Shown here: positions 11,601 through 26,620 of the stretch, piece by piece
Layout of the letters: each line of letters starts with the position of its first letter
Numbering within the stretch: the first letter of the stretch is position 1
Assembly: GCA_002104945.1 (NCBI GenBank)
Contig: MCFH01000100.1
Span: 1-64,000 of the forward strand
DNA: 64,000 nt
Direction of reading: 5' to 3'
Origin: Piromyces finnis finn
Lineage: Eukaryota; Fungi; Neocallimastigomycota
Program-made: the position numbers and the translations under genes
Notes under the pieces: model-generated
Told to the model about the DNA's origin: nothing
The model's database searches: none
The model's input: the letters and a program-made list of their open reading frames with translations, nothing else

Positions 11601-14599
11601 AAAATATAAATACATTTAGTTTTCGTTTGTTAAATCAATGTAATTGTTTTTTAATATTTTTAATTTTATTTTTTTAACTATTAATTAATATATAGTTAAT
11701 AATACTTTTAAGAGTTAATTAATAAAATGTTTTAAAAATAAAAATTTTAATGTTTATTTTTTATTTTTGTGTTAATAAAATAGTTTTAATTATAATATCT
11801 GTTTTAACTTTATACTTTTACATTTTTAGTATAATTTTTATTATTTAATTATTTATTTAAATTAGTATTAAATTAGTTTTGTTTGTTTCATATTAAATAT
11901 ATGTATAATTAAATAGAATAATATATTAAAAATGAAAGTTAAAATACTTTTAATATTATATAGTTATCAATGATTTAAAAGGTGTTATATACTTTTTTTA
12001 TTTTATAGAGAATCCTAAACCATTGTAATTCAAAACCTTTATAATTTATTTATTATAAAGAAATAAACAATAAATCAGTAAAAATACATTATAATAATTA
12101 GGTTCAAGGATAATAATTTTTATATTGAATAATTTATTGTCCTTTTTTTTTTTTTTTTGTAAAAAGTATTTATTTCGAGTTTTTAATATATATATTTTAA
12201 ATATATAATTAATAATCTTTTATAAAAAATTTAAAATAAGTAATGAAATATTTTATTTTTGTTTTTTTTAATAAATAAAGGTAAATAGAGCATTTAATTA
12301 TGAATTTATTATATATATAATGATTTATATATAAAGTTTTTTATTAATCATTAGCTATTAATTTAAAAATTTATTAAAAATAATATATATTTCATTTTTT
12401 AAAAATATTATTAATATAAAAAAAATAAAACATAATGTATGGTGTCAAATAAACTTTCATGATTGTTTAATAACTATATTCATTGAATTACTAACATTTA
12501 ACCCTTTGAACCAATATTTAAATCGATCCTTTGTTACAACGGTATAATGCTAGCACTCTTGCCTATAGATTTATTACTAAACTAATCAAAAAGTAACTTT
12601 ATAGAGCTACTAATGGTAAAGAATGTTTTAGTATGACAAGTCACAAAACACTTTATATATATAAAGCATAAGAACGTGATGATCTATAAAGCTATTACAA
12701 ATATTCTAAAATTAATGATAAAAAGAATGTTTATTATGATCACAGCATATTCACAAGGCTTGGAATAACTCTATTAATTATCAATTATAATGCTGAAGGT
12801 ATTCTCAAAATTCGAATAGTTCATATAATTCCTAAGTTTAAATGAAGCTTATTATAGCCAATAAGTATTAACAAAATAATAAGTTTTGTTCGTATAATAA
12901 AGGTATTATTATTTAACATATTATAACAAAAATTATTAGTATTTCATAAAATATCAGTGTTGATGAGTTAAAGTACTGTATTATTTTTTTATAATCGATT
13001 AAAAAGGCAAAAAAAAATAAATAAAAACAATTTTAATGATTTTAAAAAATGTATTGTTTATTTACAGTAGAATATAATGTGGTTCTAATAATTAAAGTAA
13101 TAATCATTAGATGATACTGAAACCTTGTATTATGAAATTATATTTTAATAAAGTAATTATTAAAATAATAACAATTAGTTTGTGTATTAAAACTTCAGGT
13201 ATTTTATTTGTAAATATAAAAAGTATTTTATGTAAAAATTTTTAATTTTTTTAAAAATATTAAAGGGTTAGTATGAATGAGAACAATAAAAAGAAAAAGA
13301 AAAAAAAAACTTTCTATTAATGTTATTAATTATAAATAATTTACATAGTAGCAATGTTTACAGTGAAAACTTTCTACGAAAGAAACAAAATTTTCAGTAT
13401 TACTTTTTTACGACTTTTTAGACTATATTGTTAATACTGTAGATAAAATATTATACACTTGATCAAGTGGTATCTTGTGGGAAACTAATACTAATGCAAT
13501 AAATTATAAATACTAAAGATAACAAATTATTCAACTATGAACGTAGAATTAAATATGAAACTGATATAAATATTAAAGTTTTTTTTGTTTAACTGTGAAA
13601 ATAGTATTGAATTAGAAATCGATAAAAGTGTTAATGTTTTTTTTATTGTTATTTATGATAATAAACTATACTATTTTACTATTGGTAAAAGTTATTTATA
13701 AAACTAAATTATTAATTATCTGGTCCAGTTAATGGTGGGAATGAGAAATTATTTATTGAATTTGAAGATACAGTAACAAAAATGAAACCTGATATGAATT
13801 TATTAGTTAATTTCTTTAATATTTCATTATTTCTTAATTGATATTATTAGTTTATAGCTTTAATTATTAATTATAAAATAATATTATTTATATTAAACAT
13901 CATTTATCAATTTTTATAATTAAATTATAAAATAAAAACAACAACAATAATAGTAATAATAAAATAATGATGTTGCTATCATTATAAAAGATTTTGATTT
14001 CAAATAAATCTTCATTTTTTTAAATAATGAGATAAACCTTTCTCCATAGGTTTTTATAATCCAGATAGGTAATTTCTTTGAGAAATATTAATACATTTAT
14101 TTCTCAAAGAAATTAATTTATAATTTTCAAAGTTTTTTTATTATGACTTTTCTTTTCAAAATTTCAAAAAATAATATTAATTTCAAATGAGCTTTCAGAA
14201 AAGTAGACAATAAACATTAAAATAATTATTTCATATAATATAACTATTTTGTTTAAACACAAATTGGTATATTAGTGTATATATATAAGAAAACTAAATA
14301 TTTAAGCTTTTTATATTATAAATCTGTATTGCTCTTAGAAAATTTTTTTTAGCTAAAATGTTTGTCAAAAATTAGTGTAGTAATTAATAAATATCTTATT
14401 ATAAAAATAATAAAAAAAAATATTAAAAACCAATAGTACTAAACTAAATTATAAATAATTCTATTTAGTATCATTGGTTCTTTATTTGTTGGTATTCAAT
14501 ACCGAAAGTAAAAGTAATGTCTAATAATATTTAAAAACGGTTTTAAATAGTTCAAAGTGAATTAATAGCTATTTTTGATCGTAAGTAGTTAAGAAAGTG

Positions 14600-15750
14600 A
14601 TTGTAATTTCAGAAGAATTATTGATTATTACTGTGCAGGCGGTGATACATGCACTCAAACATATGAATATGTTAAAGATGAAACCTTAGATTCAACCGCC
14701 GGTACATTTTATTCAGAAAGTTCAATTATCAGTACTCAAGTTTCAGCTTTCGATATCTGTACAACTGGTAAAATAACTTGAACTAATACTAATGATGCAA
14801 GATTCTGTTTTGGTATTAAGGGTAGGGACAATACTCCTTTAGATATTAATATAACTACTGTTAAAAAGAAGAATATTTTTGGAATTGTAGATAAATATTT
14901 TTGATATTACCACTGAATATGTTACTGTAAAAGTCACTGATAACACAATTGCTTTAGATAAATCTGTTCCAGATAAATTAACTGTATAGAATTTAGTTTT
15001 TATTTGTTCCAAGTACTCATTATTAATTTTTTTTTATCTTTTTTTATTAAATAAGATTAAATAAATATTAAATTACATTTAACAAATGATATTTATAAAA
15101 ATAGCGATAGGAGCAGAGCACAAGCAAAAAAAAATTGCAAACCAATTACTATAGGCTCAACTGATCCAACGAAATGTAATATACTATTAATCTATTATTA
15201 ATCTATTGTTAATATTAATTTTAATGATTAAAATTTGGATTCATAATAACTTTATAAAATAAATTTTTTAAAATATAAAATCATAATAGGTACTAATGGT
15301 GTTAAATATTTCCTTGCTAAGAAAAATAATAATGGATTAACTAATGATATTTCAGTCAATGATTTATATATATGTAGAACTAGAGTATGTAAATAAGCAA
15401 TCAACAGTTACTGGTTATCTTTTGTATGCTGAAATCTACTACAAACTTCAATAATATATATATTAAATGTACATCAGCCGTAGGAAGAATAAATTCTTGT
15501 ACTTTATTTCCTAATTCCACTACAGGCGATAGTTGTAGTTGTAACTCTGTTAAATTAATTCAATCAACTATTGATAATTACAGAATTATATTGAAGGTGC
15601 TGCTTTTAAAGTATTAGATACAAAAGATAAATTTATTATTAGTGCTGCTGATACTACAAATGAATTTGTTGGAGGAATAAATGGTCATTTCATTGTCATT
15701 ACAAATGAAAATAATAACATTCTCTATAGCATTGGTGATAATTTATTTAT
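14600..15750 (+). pseudogene. Degenerate Cys-rich, scaffoldin-like coding fragments
   Basis: DYYCAGGDTCTQTYEY...FCFGIKG...FGIVDKY and later Cys-rich pieces, broken by stops and frameshifts. The family call is from motif resemblance to Neocallimastigomycota scaffoldin-like repeats. Confidence 0.5.
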
Positions 15751-15790
15751 TTATATGTAAAAGACTTTTAAATTTAAAAATAGTTTAATA

Positions 15791-15975
15791 CCATCTTTTT
15801 TTCCATTTACAAAAAATGTTGTTTTAACATTTTCTTTTTTAAGAATATCTAATATACTTTCGGTATATAAAACATCTGGACCATCCTCAAATGTTAATGT
15901 AATTTCTCCTGGATTACTACAATGATTATATGTTTCAATGTTAACAGCGGTTTCTGCATTAACATTATAATAACT
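15791..15975 (-). pseudogene. N-terminal exon of a CE4 (NodB/chitin deacetylase) domain
   Basis: HCSNPGEITLTFEDGPDVLYTESILDILKKENVKTTFFVNG, matching CE4 motif 1 (TFDDGP-like) plus the xTFF strand. Confidence 0.8.
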
Positions 15976-16429
15976 TTATTACAATGTAATTTAAAAAAGA
16001 GTAAACTTTAATGTATATCAACTTTTTATCATAATTTTTACAATTTCTATAATAAATTTAAAATTAAAATAAAAAACCATATAATGAAAATTACAATTAT
16101 TATATTAATTATGTGGAATATAATATTTGATTATTATTGACATTATTTATTCTTAATTCATGTTTGAATGATATAAGCTAATATCAAATAATTTATCATG
16201 CTTTATTTTTGATGAAAATAAGTGTGTAAAAGTTTCTAAATTTTAATTAATATTTATTTCTTACCAATTCACCTATTAAATGATTTTTTGATCTTTATCG
16301 CAGTTAAATAAAATGATAATAGTAACTTTAAAAGTCTATAATTATCATTTAAGTTTTATTAATTAATATTTCAATAAATAAATTTTTACAAATTCTTAAT
16401 TATAAAAAAATTACATATATCGAAGTTTA

Positions 16430-17630
16430 CTTTATTTTACTCCAGTAATAGTGTTCTCTTTATTAGTTTCATACATTGTAGTATCAATGAGATTGTAAGT
16501 TGATTCCGATAATGGTATCCCTTCTTTTGAAATACAAAGTTTCATTCTACTTTCAGTTAAGTTAATATTACCTTCATCACTTTTACCATTACAAATTTTA
16601 GATTCATAATTTCCACATCCATTTTCATTACATGATGCTAAAGCTACTGTACTACCATATTTTATGAAACCAGAGGTAGGGGTACATTTTCCATTAACCC
16701 AATCATAAAGATAAACTGAACCAAGATCATCTGAAGTTAATGAATCAAATAAATTTAATAAATTCTTATAATATCTTCTTCATTTACTTTTTAAGGCAAA
16801 ATTCCTGATTCAGTTAGTTCTTCAAATTTTTTACTTTTACGTTTATAAATTTTATTTTTTACTAAATAAGTTCCATCGTCTAATTATCATTAATAATAAA
16901 ATATTTTTTTTTCAATTAATACTGTATTCTTTGAAAATTATTTTTATTATTATAATATTTAATTTAATATATTTAAATACTAACCAACATTTTCCTGTAC
17001 TTCAGATCTTTCACATACACAATCCTCACATTCATATAAAGTATTTAAAATTGTACCGCTAACATATTGTTCTTTTCTTGAAATTATTTTCTTTTCTTAA
17101 TATTGACAAAATTTTTCATCTATTTATTTTTATAATAAATATTGTTTTTTATGATGAATAATTATTTCGATTAAATAAAATTAAATACAATTTTATATAG
17201 TATTTTTATTTTTATATGAATAGTAAACACTAGAATAATTGTTATTGAAATAAATTTTGTTTACATCACGATTTAAAACAATAACATCTTTACAAGTGGC
17301 AACAGAAGAAAAGATTGAACCTGAATTTATATTTCCATCTAAGATATAATTTTGTTTTACACCAAATTCAACACTTTCACCTTCTACAGATAAACAAACA
17401 CCATGATCTTTGTATTGTAAACTAATGTTAGTATTTCCATCACATTCAACACCATTTCCTGCTTTACTACTGGAATATGATTTAATTTCGTAATAATCTT
17501 CTTTTTTCTTCTTCTTTAGTATAAGTTACTTTAATTTAACCTTCAGTTTATTTACAAATATTACCTTTCTTACAAAGATGCATAAATAAACTTCCTTTCC
17601 ATTTCTAATTGGATTTTCAGTTTCACCAGT
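16430..17630 (-). pseudogene. Scaffoldin-like repeat fragments
   Basis: VYLYDWVNGKCTPTSGFIKYG...KLCISK; LYECEDCVCE; GVCLSVEGESVEFGVKQNYILDG. Interrupted by stops, frameshifts and AT-rich gaps. Confidence 0.55.
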
Positions 17631-17633
17631 TAA

Positions 17634-18450
17634 TTTAATCTCACTTATTCATTTATTACACTAAATCATGATAATTCTCCTGTAAACGATTTGGAAAATT
17701 TAATTACTTATGTAAAAAGTTTAGGATATAAATTTGTTACAATAGATGAATGTATTGGTGTAAATGCTTATCAAGAAATTGATGAAGAGGATACTTTATT
17801 AGTTAAAAGATTAAAAGATGAATATGATGAAGATTCTTTAGTTGCCTCGGCTAAAATTTTACAATCATTAATAACATCTAGAACAGCATACCCAAGTATT
17901 ATTGAATTTCTTGAAGATTATGATGATGATGATGTTGATATTGAAGATACCACTAAAATTTTCGAAGAACCAATTACAACAACTACTACCACTACTACTA
18001 CTACTACTACTACAGAAGAAACTACTTCTACCATTACTACTGAAATATTAGGTAAGGGATACTTTATTAATAATGATAAAAAGTTAATTAATTGTAATGG
18101 TAGTACTTGTGGAAATGTTATTAATGAAATTGGTTACTTCATAAATAATGAAACTTACATTAAATTAATAAAGGATCTGAAATTGAATGTGCCAATGCTG
18201 AAACTGTAATCGGAGATAATTGTGAAATTGGTAAATTAATTACTGGGGATATTGTTAAACTTTGTGTTGATGGTGTAAAAAATAAAGCTATTATTATCTT
18301 CACAGAAGGTGATAACAAAAAATACTTTATCAAGGCATCTGTATTAAATACTAGTGTTAGTGAAGAATCTGAAGAATCTCAAAAGTATTACATAATTAAT
18401 GTCGCTGAAAAAGAAGTTTTAACTGAAACTGATATTACTGGTAATTAAAT
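17634..18450 (+). pseudogene. C-terminal CE4 deacetylase piece, then acidic/Thr linker, then scaffoldin-like repeats (frameshifted, no 5' end)
   Basis: SFITLNHD...YVKSLGYKFVTIDECIG (CE4 motif 5 and C-terminus), poly-Thr, GYFINN..LINCNGSTC repeats. The frame shifts near 18170 and continues CEIGKLITGDIVKLCVDG. Confidence 0.7.
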
Positions 18451-18490
18451 AATATTTTTAAATGGATAAAATTAATATAAAAATTATATA

Positions 18491-18670
18491 GGTAAAGCAC
18501 AAAAAGAAAATATTAATGTTGCTAAATATTTAATTGAAGATAGAAAAATAAATATTAATATTAAAAATAGAAATGGAGAAATACCATTACATTCATGTAT
18601 TCAAGGGTATGAAAATGATATAAAATATTTAATTAAATACACCAACTTAAAATATTTGAATTTAATATGA
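18491..18670 (+). pseudogene. Isolated ankyrin-repeat fragment
   Basis: KAQKENINVAKYLIEDRKININIKNRNGEIPLHSCIQGYE, similar to the ankyrin gene at 58.7-59.6 kb (QAQKENVNLVKYLIENEKIDVN). Confidence 0.65.
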
Positions 18671-19307
18671 AATAATAAATTTAATAATACACTAGTCAAA
18701 CTATCATATTATTTAAAAAATTCATCATAACGAATTAACTATCTTAATATCTAAATTTTAATTTACACCATATAGTAATTTTTTTCTTGACTATTTTGTA
18801 TATTTTGTATATTTTGTATATTTTGTACATTTTGTATATTTTGTATATTTTGTATATTCTGTATTATACTTTATGTAATGTATTAATATATTAATAAATC
18901 TAAATTCATCAATTATTCAATTCTTCATATTTGTTTATTTACATTATTAAAATAGTAATTTTTCTTTGTTTATTCTCAATAGTAAATATAAGTCTTTTTT
19001 TTTTTTTAATTTACTCTAGTTTGAGTTCAATTTCTATTTTATTTCTTTTAAATTCATTTTCGACTTTATATTATTCTCTCAAAGAAGTTGACAATTTGCT
19101 AGTAAAGTTTAAAAAAAAGGTATAAATTCATATTTCATTAAAAGTTAAATGTTGGCAAACGAGTACTGTAAAGTGGAAAAAAAAATAGACTGAAACACTA
19201 CATAAAATTACCAAAAAGAAAATGTTATATGTCCTTGTTATTTTCTTTGAAATTAATTAAGAAGGGCTTTATTATATATTATTAATGAACTTAAAAATAA
19301 ACAATAC

Positions 19308-19480
<173 letters not shown>

Positions 19481-20094
19481 TTATCTTTTCTTTGTTCAGT
19501 AAGTCAATATTAATTTCTTTTAACAAAATAAAAGTTAACAACAAGATAAATGAGATCTTCAACAGAAATAATTATTATTAAATAAAAACAAGAATAAATA
19601 TAATATTAAGAGCTTACTAACCTTACAATTAAGCCAACTCGCTAATTATTCTTAAGTTTTATTGAAAATAATAATAGTTCAGTAATTGTTAAAGCTTTAA
19701 TTTTCTACTTTCAAATAATATTCTTGTTTAATTTAATTTTTTATAACTATAATTGGTATTAGAAATAATTACCATTTTAATATTCAAAAAAAAAAAAAAA
19801 AAACTTTTTATTTAATTTGGAATACTAATAGTTACTAATAGATGGGATTACTAGAAAAGATTACTCTATTCGACATTTCTCTATTCGTTATTTTTCATAT
19901 TCAAAAAACTATAAATAGCTTACTATTAAAAATTATATATATTTTTTTCCAAAAGATGACAAATCTACTCCTAATATAAGAAATTTATATTTAAGTATTT
20001 ACAATATATCAAGCTTCATATGAAATACTATTCATGTAAGTATAGATATAATTTTTATCAACAAACATCACTTAAATTAAGGAATTACTTGGAT

Positions 20095-20420
20095 TATTCC
20101 TATTCGATTCGATTATGAAAACACTACCAGAGTTGTTATTACTAGTAATAGAGTTATTCCTGACTACCCTTGTGTCTGTCCATGTTGCCGGTAGGATGAA
20201 CAATCTTTTTATCATTGGATTTTAGAATGTTTTGCATTCTTTGAATATTGAACTTCTTCACTCAGCTTTCATTATGATATTTTTACCCTTTTTTATATTT
20301 ATATTTTTATTTATTATTATTATTATGTCAAATCCATTATCACTTAATACAATATAAAGTAATATCACAAATTAAATAAATAAATATAAGAAGTATGTTC
20401 TCTTCCTAGTCTAAAAAAAA
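20095..20420 (+). mobile_element. Degenerate 3' fragment of a non-LTR retrotransposon (LINE-like), internally deleted relative to the 41.2-41.9 kb copy
   Basis: CVCPCCR*DEQSFYHWILEC (zf-RVT-like zinc knuckle), same 3' end as the other copy (gtct + poly-A). Confidence 0.7.
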
Positions 20421-20953
20421 TAAAGTATTTTTAAAATTTATTTTTTCTGTTATCCGCGGATATTGGATTATATGTTTTCAATAAATTATATTAATAGTAA
20501 ATATCTCAGTTTACAGAAAATATTATAGTATTAAATAATGAACAAACTTTTTTAAAAATATTGAAAGAAAAAAGATTGATTATTCTATACGAAACCCTCA
20601 ACATGATACTTTTTATTTATTTATTTATTTATAATAATTATAATGATAATAAAAAAAATGAAATGGCTTTTTACAATAAAAACTAAAATATTCTATTATA
20701 TAACTATTTTTCATATTCTTTGATTTAATAAATTTATTTATACTATAGATGAATATAATATTTATTTTTAAAGAATAGAAATAAAATTAAATTTAATTCA
20801 TAAAAAATGGAAATGTAATTATTTCAAATATAATTGAATGATTTATACAATAAGCACTTGTGAAGAGTAATGTTACTCGTATCTGAAGTTTTATAATTTA
20901 GACTGCAACAAAAATAATAGATTTAGTTTAATCAATTTTAATTATATATAGTA

Positions 20954-20984
<31 letters not shown>

Positions 20985-21577
20985 TTAAATAAAAAATATT
21001 ATCTACAAAAATACTTGGAATTAATAAATAAAAGATAACAAAAGTATTCAATAAAAAAATATATATATTTATTTTCGTTTTAATTTTCAGAAATTTTAAA
21101 TATATATTAAGAATTATAAATAAATTAACAATATTTTATATTTATATTTAAATTTAATAATGTTGGTACTCTTAATGCTACAAATTTTATATATATATAC
21201 ATAGAAACTAAAAAATGAGAAATGATAGTAAACATTTCTTTTAGAATGTAAGAATGGATAACTATACTCTTCAAATTAATGGGAATACATTAAAATTATA
21301 AAACTTATTGAGAAGTATAGTAATTTCTTGCTTTCACTACCAATCATAGAATATAATAAAATAATAAATAAAATTATTAACAATTTTTATTGTCAATAAA
21401 ACTTAAGAATAATTAGTAAGTTGGCTTAATTGTAAGGTTAGTAAGCTCTTAATATTATATTTATTCTTGTTTTTATTTAATAATAATTATTTCTGTTGAA
21501 GATCTCATTTATCTTGTTGTTAACTTTTATTTTGTTAAAAGAAATTAATATTGACTTACTGAACAAAGAAAAGATAA

Positions 21578-21690
<113 letters not shown>

Positions 21691-22889
21691 GTATTGTTTA
21701 TTTTTAAGTTCATTAATAATATATAATAAAGCCCTTCTTAATTAATTTCAAAGAAAATAACAAGGACATATAACATTTTCTTTTTGGTAATTTTATGTAG
21801 TGTTTCAGTCTATTTTTTTTCCACTTTACAGTACTCGTTTGCCAACATTTAACTTTTAATGAAATATGAATTTATACCTTTTTTTTAAACTTTACTAGCA
21901 AATTGTCAACTTCTTTGAGAGAATAATATAAAGTCGAAAATGAATTTAAAAGAAATAAAATAGAAATTGAACTCAAACTAGAGTAAATTAAAAAAAAAAA
22001 GACTTATATTTACTATTGAGAATAAACAAAGAAAAATTACTATTTTAATAATGTAAATAAACAAATATGAAGAATTGAATAATTGATGAATTTAGATTTA
22101 TTAATATATTAATACATTACATAAATTATAATACAGAATAAATAATATAGCCAAGAAAAAATTTAATATTTGGAGTAAATTAAAATTAAACCAATAATAG
22201 AGGATATGTAAGATACATCTAAGCATTTTAAGTATTGATCAAATAGAATCATTTAAATTTATCTGATACATTATTACATTATTAATTATGTATACAGAAA
22301 TTTTAAAAATAATTGTACAATTGTAAAACTATTATTCCACATTTTGCCACTAAATTTATTTATTGAAAATTCATAGAGAATTCTTCTTTAATATAATTTA
22401 TATATATTAAAATCTCTGGTATTACAAATTATTGTTTTTTTTGTATTTTTACCCCGGTGTTATGAACTAACGTTTATTTATATTTATTATTCAATTTATA
22501 TATTTTGGTTATTATATAATTTCTATTATTTAAAATAAATAAAATTATTATTAAATGCATATTGCTTTTAAAAAGAGCATTTATTTTATTATATAAAAAA
22601 GACAATATTAGTTTTTATTTTTTTCCTAAAATAGAGGTTTAAAAAAATATATAAAGTCTATTCTCCATAATTGTCTTTTTTCTTTAACTATATTAAATAG
22701 GTCAAAAATATCTTCCAATAATAAAAATAAATATAATTAATTAAATAAATAAAATAATATATGTGTATGTATATATTAATTTATATTATATAATATAATA
22801 GAAAATATTTAAAATGGTCTTTTATAGTATGGCCTATGGCTTATTATGAATTTAATTAATACATAATATATAGTTAATATTTGAATAAT

Positions 22890-25800
22890 AATATTATAAC
22901 CAATATGACTATATAATCAAATATCAAATATTTATAATATTATTTTCATTTTGGAAAATAATAGTACAAATTTCAAAATATTTTATATTTTTTGTTAATT
23001 ATAAAAATAAATAAATAAATAACTTCTTTAATACAAAATTCAACAACACATTAACATAAACTAACATAAGCATTCCTATAAAATATATAAAATATATAAA
23101 ATTTTAATCCATTATTATTTTATTTAGTAAAGAGAAATAGAATTTTAAAAGAATAAAAGTTTCTATGTTTATTTTGTTTATTTAATAGATTATTAAAATA
23201 TTTTTAAAATTACTTTCTTTTTAATTTTTAAAATTAGTTTAATTATATATATTATATATAATGTAAAGCAATTATAGTTAAATGATCCATTTATTCATTT
23301 ATACATACATTTCATAATATATTAAATAATAAAAAAATATTTATATATAATTAACTTTTTTGATCTTTTATTATATCACATTAATTAATTCGAGAACCAG
23401 ACCGCCAGTATTAAAATTAAATCTTAATTAATTATAAAAATAATATAATTATTATTATTTTAATTTTGACATGAAATTTGAATTTCTACATAATCTTAAC
23501 TTTATTATAACCAATATTTTTAAAAAAAAAAAAAAATAAAATTTTTGGTAAAGAGTAAAACTATATTTTAATATATTAAAATACATATCTTTGAAGTTAT
23601 TTTATTAAGTTTAAAACTTTAATATTATTTATTTTTTATTATTTTTTACAGTGTATAGTGTATACTATACAGCGTACTGACATAGGATTTATTATAATTA
23701 ACCATTTTAATATATGATTTTAATATTTGATTTCTAATAAAGGTTATATAATAATATAATAATCTATTTAATTATTTATTTACAATAATCGAACTATTAT
23801 AATAGTTAATTCTTTAGTTCATTAAGAGTTAAATGACCGTATTGTTTATAAAATTTATTAAAAAAATTTTATTATAATTTCTTTTTCCATTATTAATGAT
23901 ACTTTTAAAAACAATAAAAATAATTAAATATTACAATTAAAAATATGTTATTTTTTTATTTCAAAATATATATTGTCTGGCCTAAATTATATATATATTT
24001 TTTTCGAAATATTATATGATATTATTATGTAGAATGTTTCAAGTTCTTACTATTTTTCTATTAAAAAATAAACACAAAAAAGGAAATTTCATCATATGAA
24101 TATATATGTATTCTGGATATGGTTTAAAAATTTTTTTGACATTTTTTCCAAATGCATAATAATTAATTAATAAATGTAATAATATAGTATAATATTAATT
24201 AAAAATATAACATTACACTTTATGCTTCTTAAATGATTAAAATGTTTAATATAAAATAATATAATATATAATATGTTAACAGTATAATAAAATTATTAAA
24301 GAATAAAATAAAAAATAAGCAATAAATATATTAATTAAAAAAAGTCGAATTTGAAAAAAGAATATAAAAAGATTGAATTTTGATTTATTTTAAAAACATT
24401 TATTCTTAATTTGAATTATTTATATAATTAAAAACACTCATTATATTAAAATATATTAAATAAATCAAAATACTTTAAAAAGTAATCTATTATACTTATA
24501 TTCAATATAAAAGAAAAAAAAAATGAATTCAAAAGAAAGTCTTGCGAATCCCTCGAATAATTTTTTAGAATTATATAATGGCACTCCAATTTTTAAAAGA
24601 AATTCTACATTAGCAAATAAACTTCTTAGTGATCTTATAACAAATGATTATACCGAGGTATCAAGTTTTCCTTTAATACTTCCGGAAACCAGAGAGAGAA
24701 AAAATGACTTAATTCAAAATATGAGCCAAAATTCAAAGCAGAATACTAATTCAGTAAATATTATATATTTTATTTATTATTTTATTTATTTATTTATTTA
24801 TTTATAAAATATATTTTACATCATTAGTAATTATAAAAATATTAACATTCTTTAAATTTAATAATTATATATTTATATACCATTATAGTTATTTTCAAAT
24901 TTATCGTCACAAGACTCTTTTTCAATTGAAAACACAAGTCCAATATTAAATAATGCATCTTCATCACTAGTACCAATAATTGACCCCTCTTTTATTAGCT
25001 CACCATATTTATCATTTGAATTATTTTCATTTAATAATAATTTCTCTTCTTTCTATAATTCCAACTCAATTATTACTGAGTTTTGTTCAAATTTACCTAC
25101 AAATCCAAATCCAAATCCAAATCCAAATTCAAATCAAAATTCAAATCAAAATTCAAATCAAAATCAAAATCAAAATCAAAATCAAAATCAAAATCAAAAT
25201 CAAAATCAAAATCAAAATCAAAATCAAAATCAAAATCAAAATCAAAATCAAAATATAAATCAAAATATAAATCAAAATATAAATCAAAATCTATATAATC
25301 ACAAAAGATCAATTAAAAATTCATATTCAAATACAATTTTAAAAGAAAATAAACAAAAAAAGAAATGTGGGAACTCAAAGGGTCGTAAGCGCCCTAATTT
25401 TTCCAATAGCGTCACCAGTATATTGAAAGAATGGCTTGAGAGCCATTCTTTCCCTTATCCTACTACTGTTGAAAAAAAGTGTCTTTGTGAAGCTACAGGT
25501 CTTACAATGGTAAGTTATTTATCATTATCAATATTATAATTATTTTATAAAATTAATATATATATATTAACAATATTTTCTTTTTTTATTTTTTATTCAT
25601 GCTACATAATACAACCTATAAATGAATTTATATAATATAATTAAACATTAAAAATCTGTTTTATCTTTAGGATCAGGTATAAATTTTAAATGATTTTAAA
25701 TTACAAATTATAATAATGATATTTATTACAATTCTAATTTCTAATTATAAATTTTATTTTAATATTATAGCTTAATATCTGGTTTATAAATGCTAGACGC

Positions 25801-26620
25801 CGTTATATATAATTTGATGTAATTTTATTTAAATATAGAAATAGAATATTAAAGATAATAGTTAGTATTATTATTCATTATTATATTATTATTAAATTTT
25901 TTAATTACTTATTTATATATATTAGAACATTAACCTCTATCCTTAAAAAATTAAATAATAAACAATAAAATAGTAAAAATAATAAATATTTATATATATA
26001 TATATTCTTTACAATGTAATTTTAATCAAAAATAAATATTATATAATAAAGTTATTATAGTTTACAAAATAATTATAAATACTTTTGCTATTCATATTTG
26101 AGTGTCTTGTTTCTAATTCATTTATTTATTTATTCTTTCAATTTACAACGACTTTAAATTATTAATTTTAAAATTATTTCTAATTAAAAAATAAAAATAA
26201 TAATTTTATAATTATAAAATTTGTGGTTTTGTAATATTGAAAAAATATTAATATATATTTTTTAGTGTATTTTATACTACAGTAGGGTTATTATATATAT
26301 TATATATATCAATTATCCATTTAATATTATAGGAACATTATAATGAAAACGAAAAAAATAATAAAAATAATAAATTACATTATTAATATTTATAATGAAT
26401 TATATATATAATACATATATTACTATAATAAATGTATTTTGTTAAACACATTAATTTTATATTGAAAAGAATTTATTTTCAAATAAATAAATAAAATTAA
26501 ATATATATAAAAAATAACAATAAGTAGAAATATATTGTAAATAATATCAATTTTATTTTATTAATATGAAAAATTATAAAAACTTTTATTATTATTATTT
26601 ATATAAATATTGCAAAATTA
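22890..26620 (+). repeat. Homeodomain-gene unit A, direct duplicate of unit B (about 31590-35750)
   Basis: Upstream, intron and downstream sequences are colinear, e.g. ggaaaataatagtacaaatttcaaaata at about 22950 and about 31640. Unit B carries an extra block at about 32000-32500. Confidence 0.85.
24523..25812 (+). CDS. TALE-like homeodomain protein HD-A, join(24523..24753,24889..25509,25671..25676,25771..25812), 299 aa
   Basis: Spliced product reads RKRPNFSNSVTSILKEWLESHSFPYPTTVEKKCLCEATGLTM|DQ|LNIWFINARRRYI*. All introns are GT-AG, phase 0. Contains a long (NQ)n repeat. Confidence 0.88.

Noticed and set aside
12450-14250. Patches of coding-like composition
   Set aside because: Many stops in all frames and no recognisable motif; needs tBLASTx.
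14988-15617. Track ORFs 15426+, 18931+, 53143-, 57371- and 59414+ as real genes
   Set aside because: They are off-frame or antisense to pseudogene or gene pieces, or lie within non-coding repeats.
24980-25312. Three overlapping QI/KS/DF repeat ORFs
   Set aside because: Wrong frames of the hexamer repeat; the true frame is HD-A exon 2 (NQ repeat), continuous into the homeodomain.
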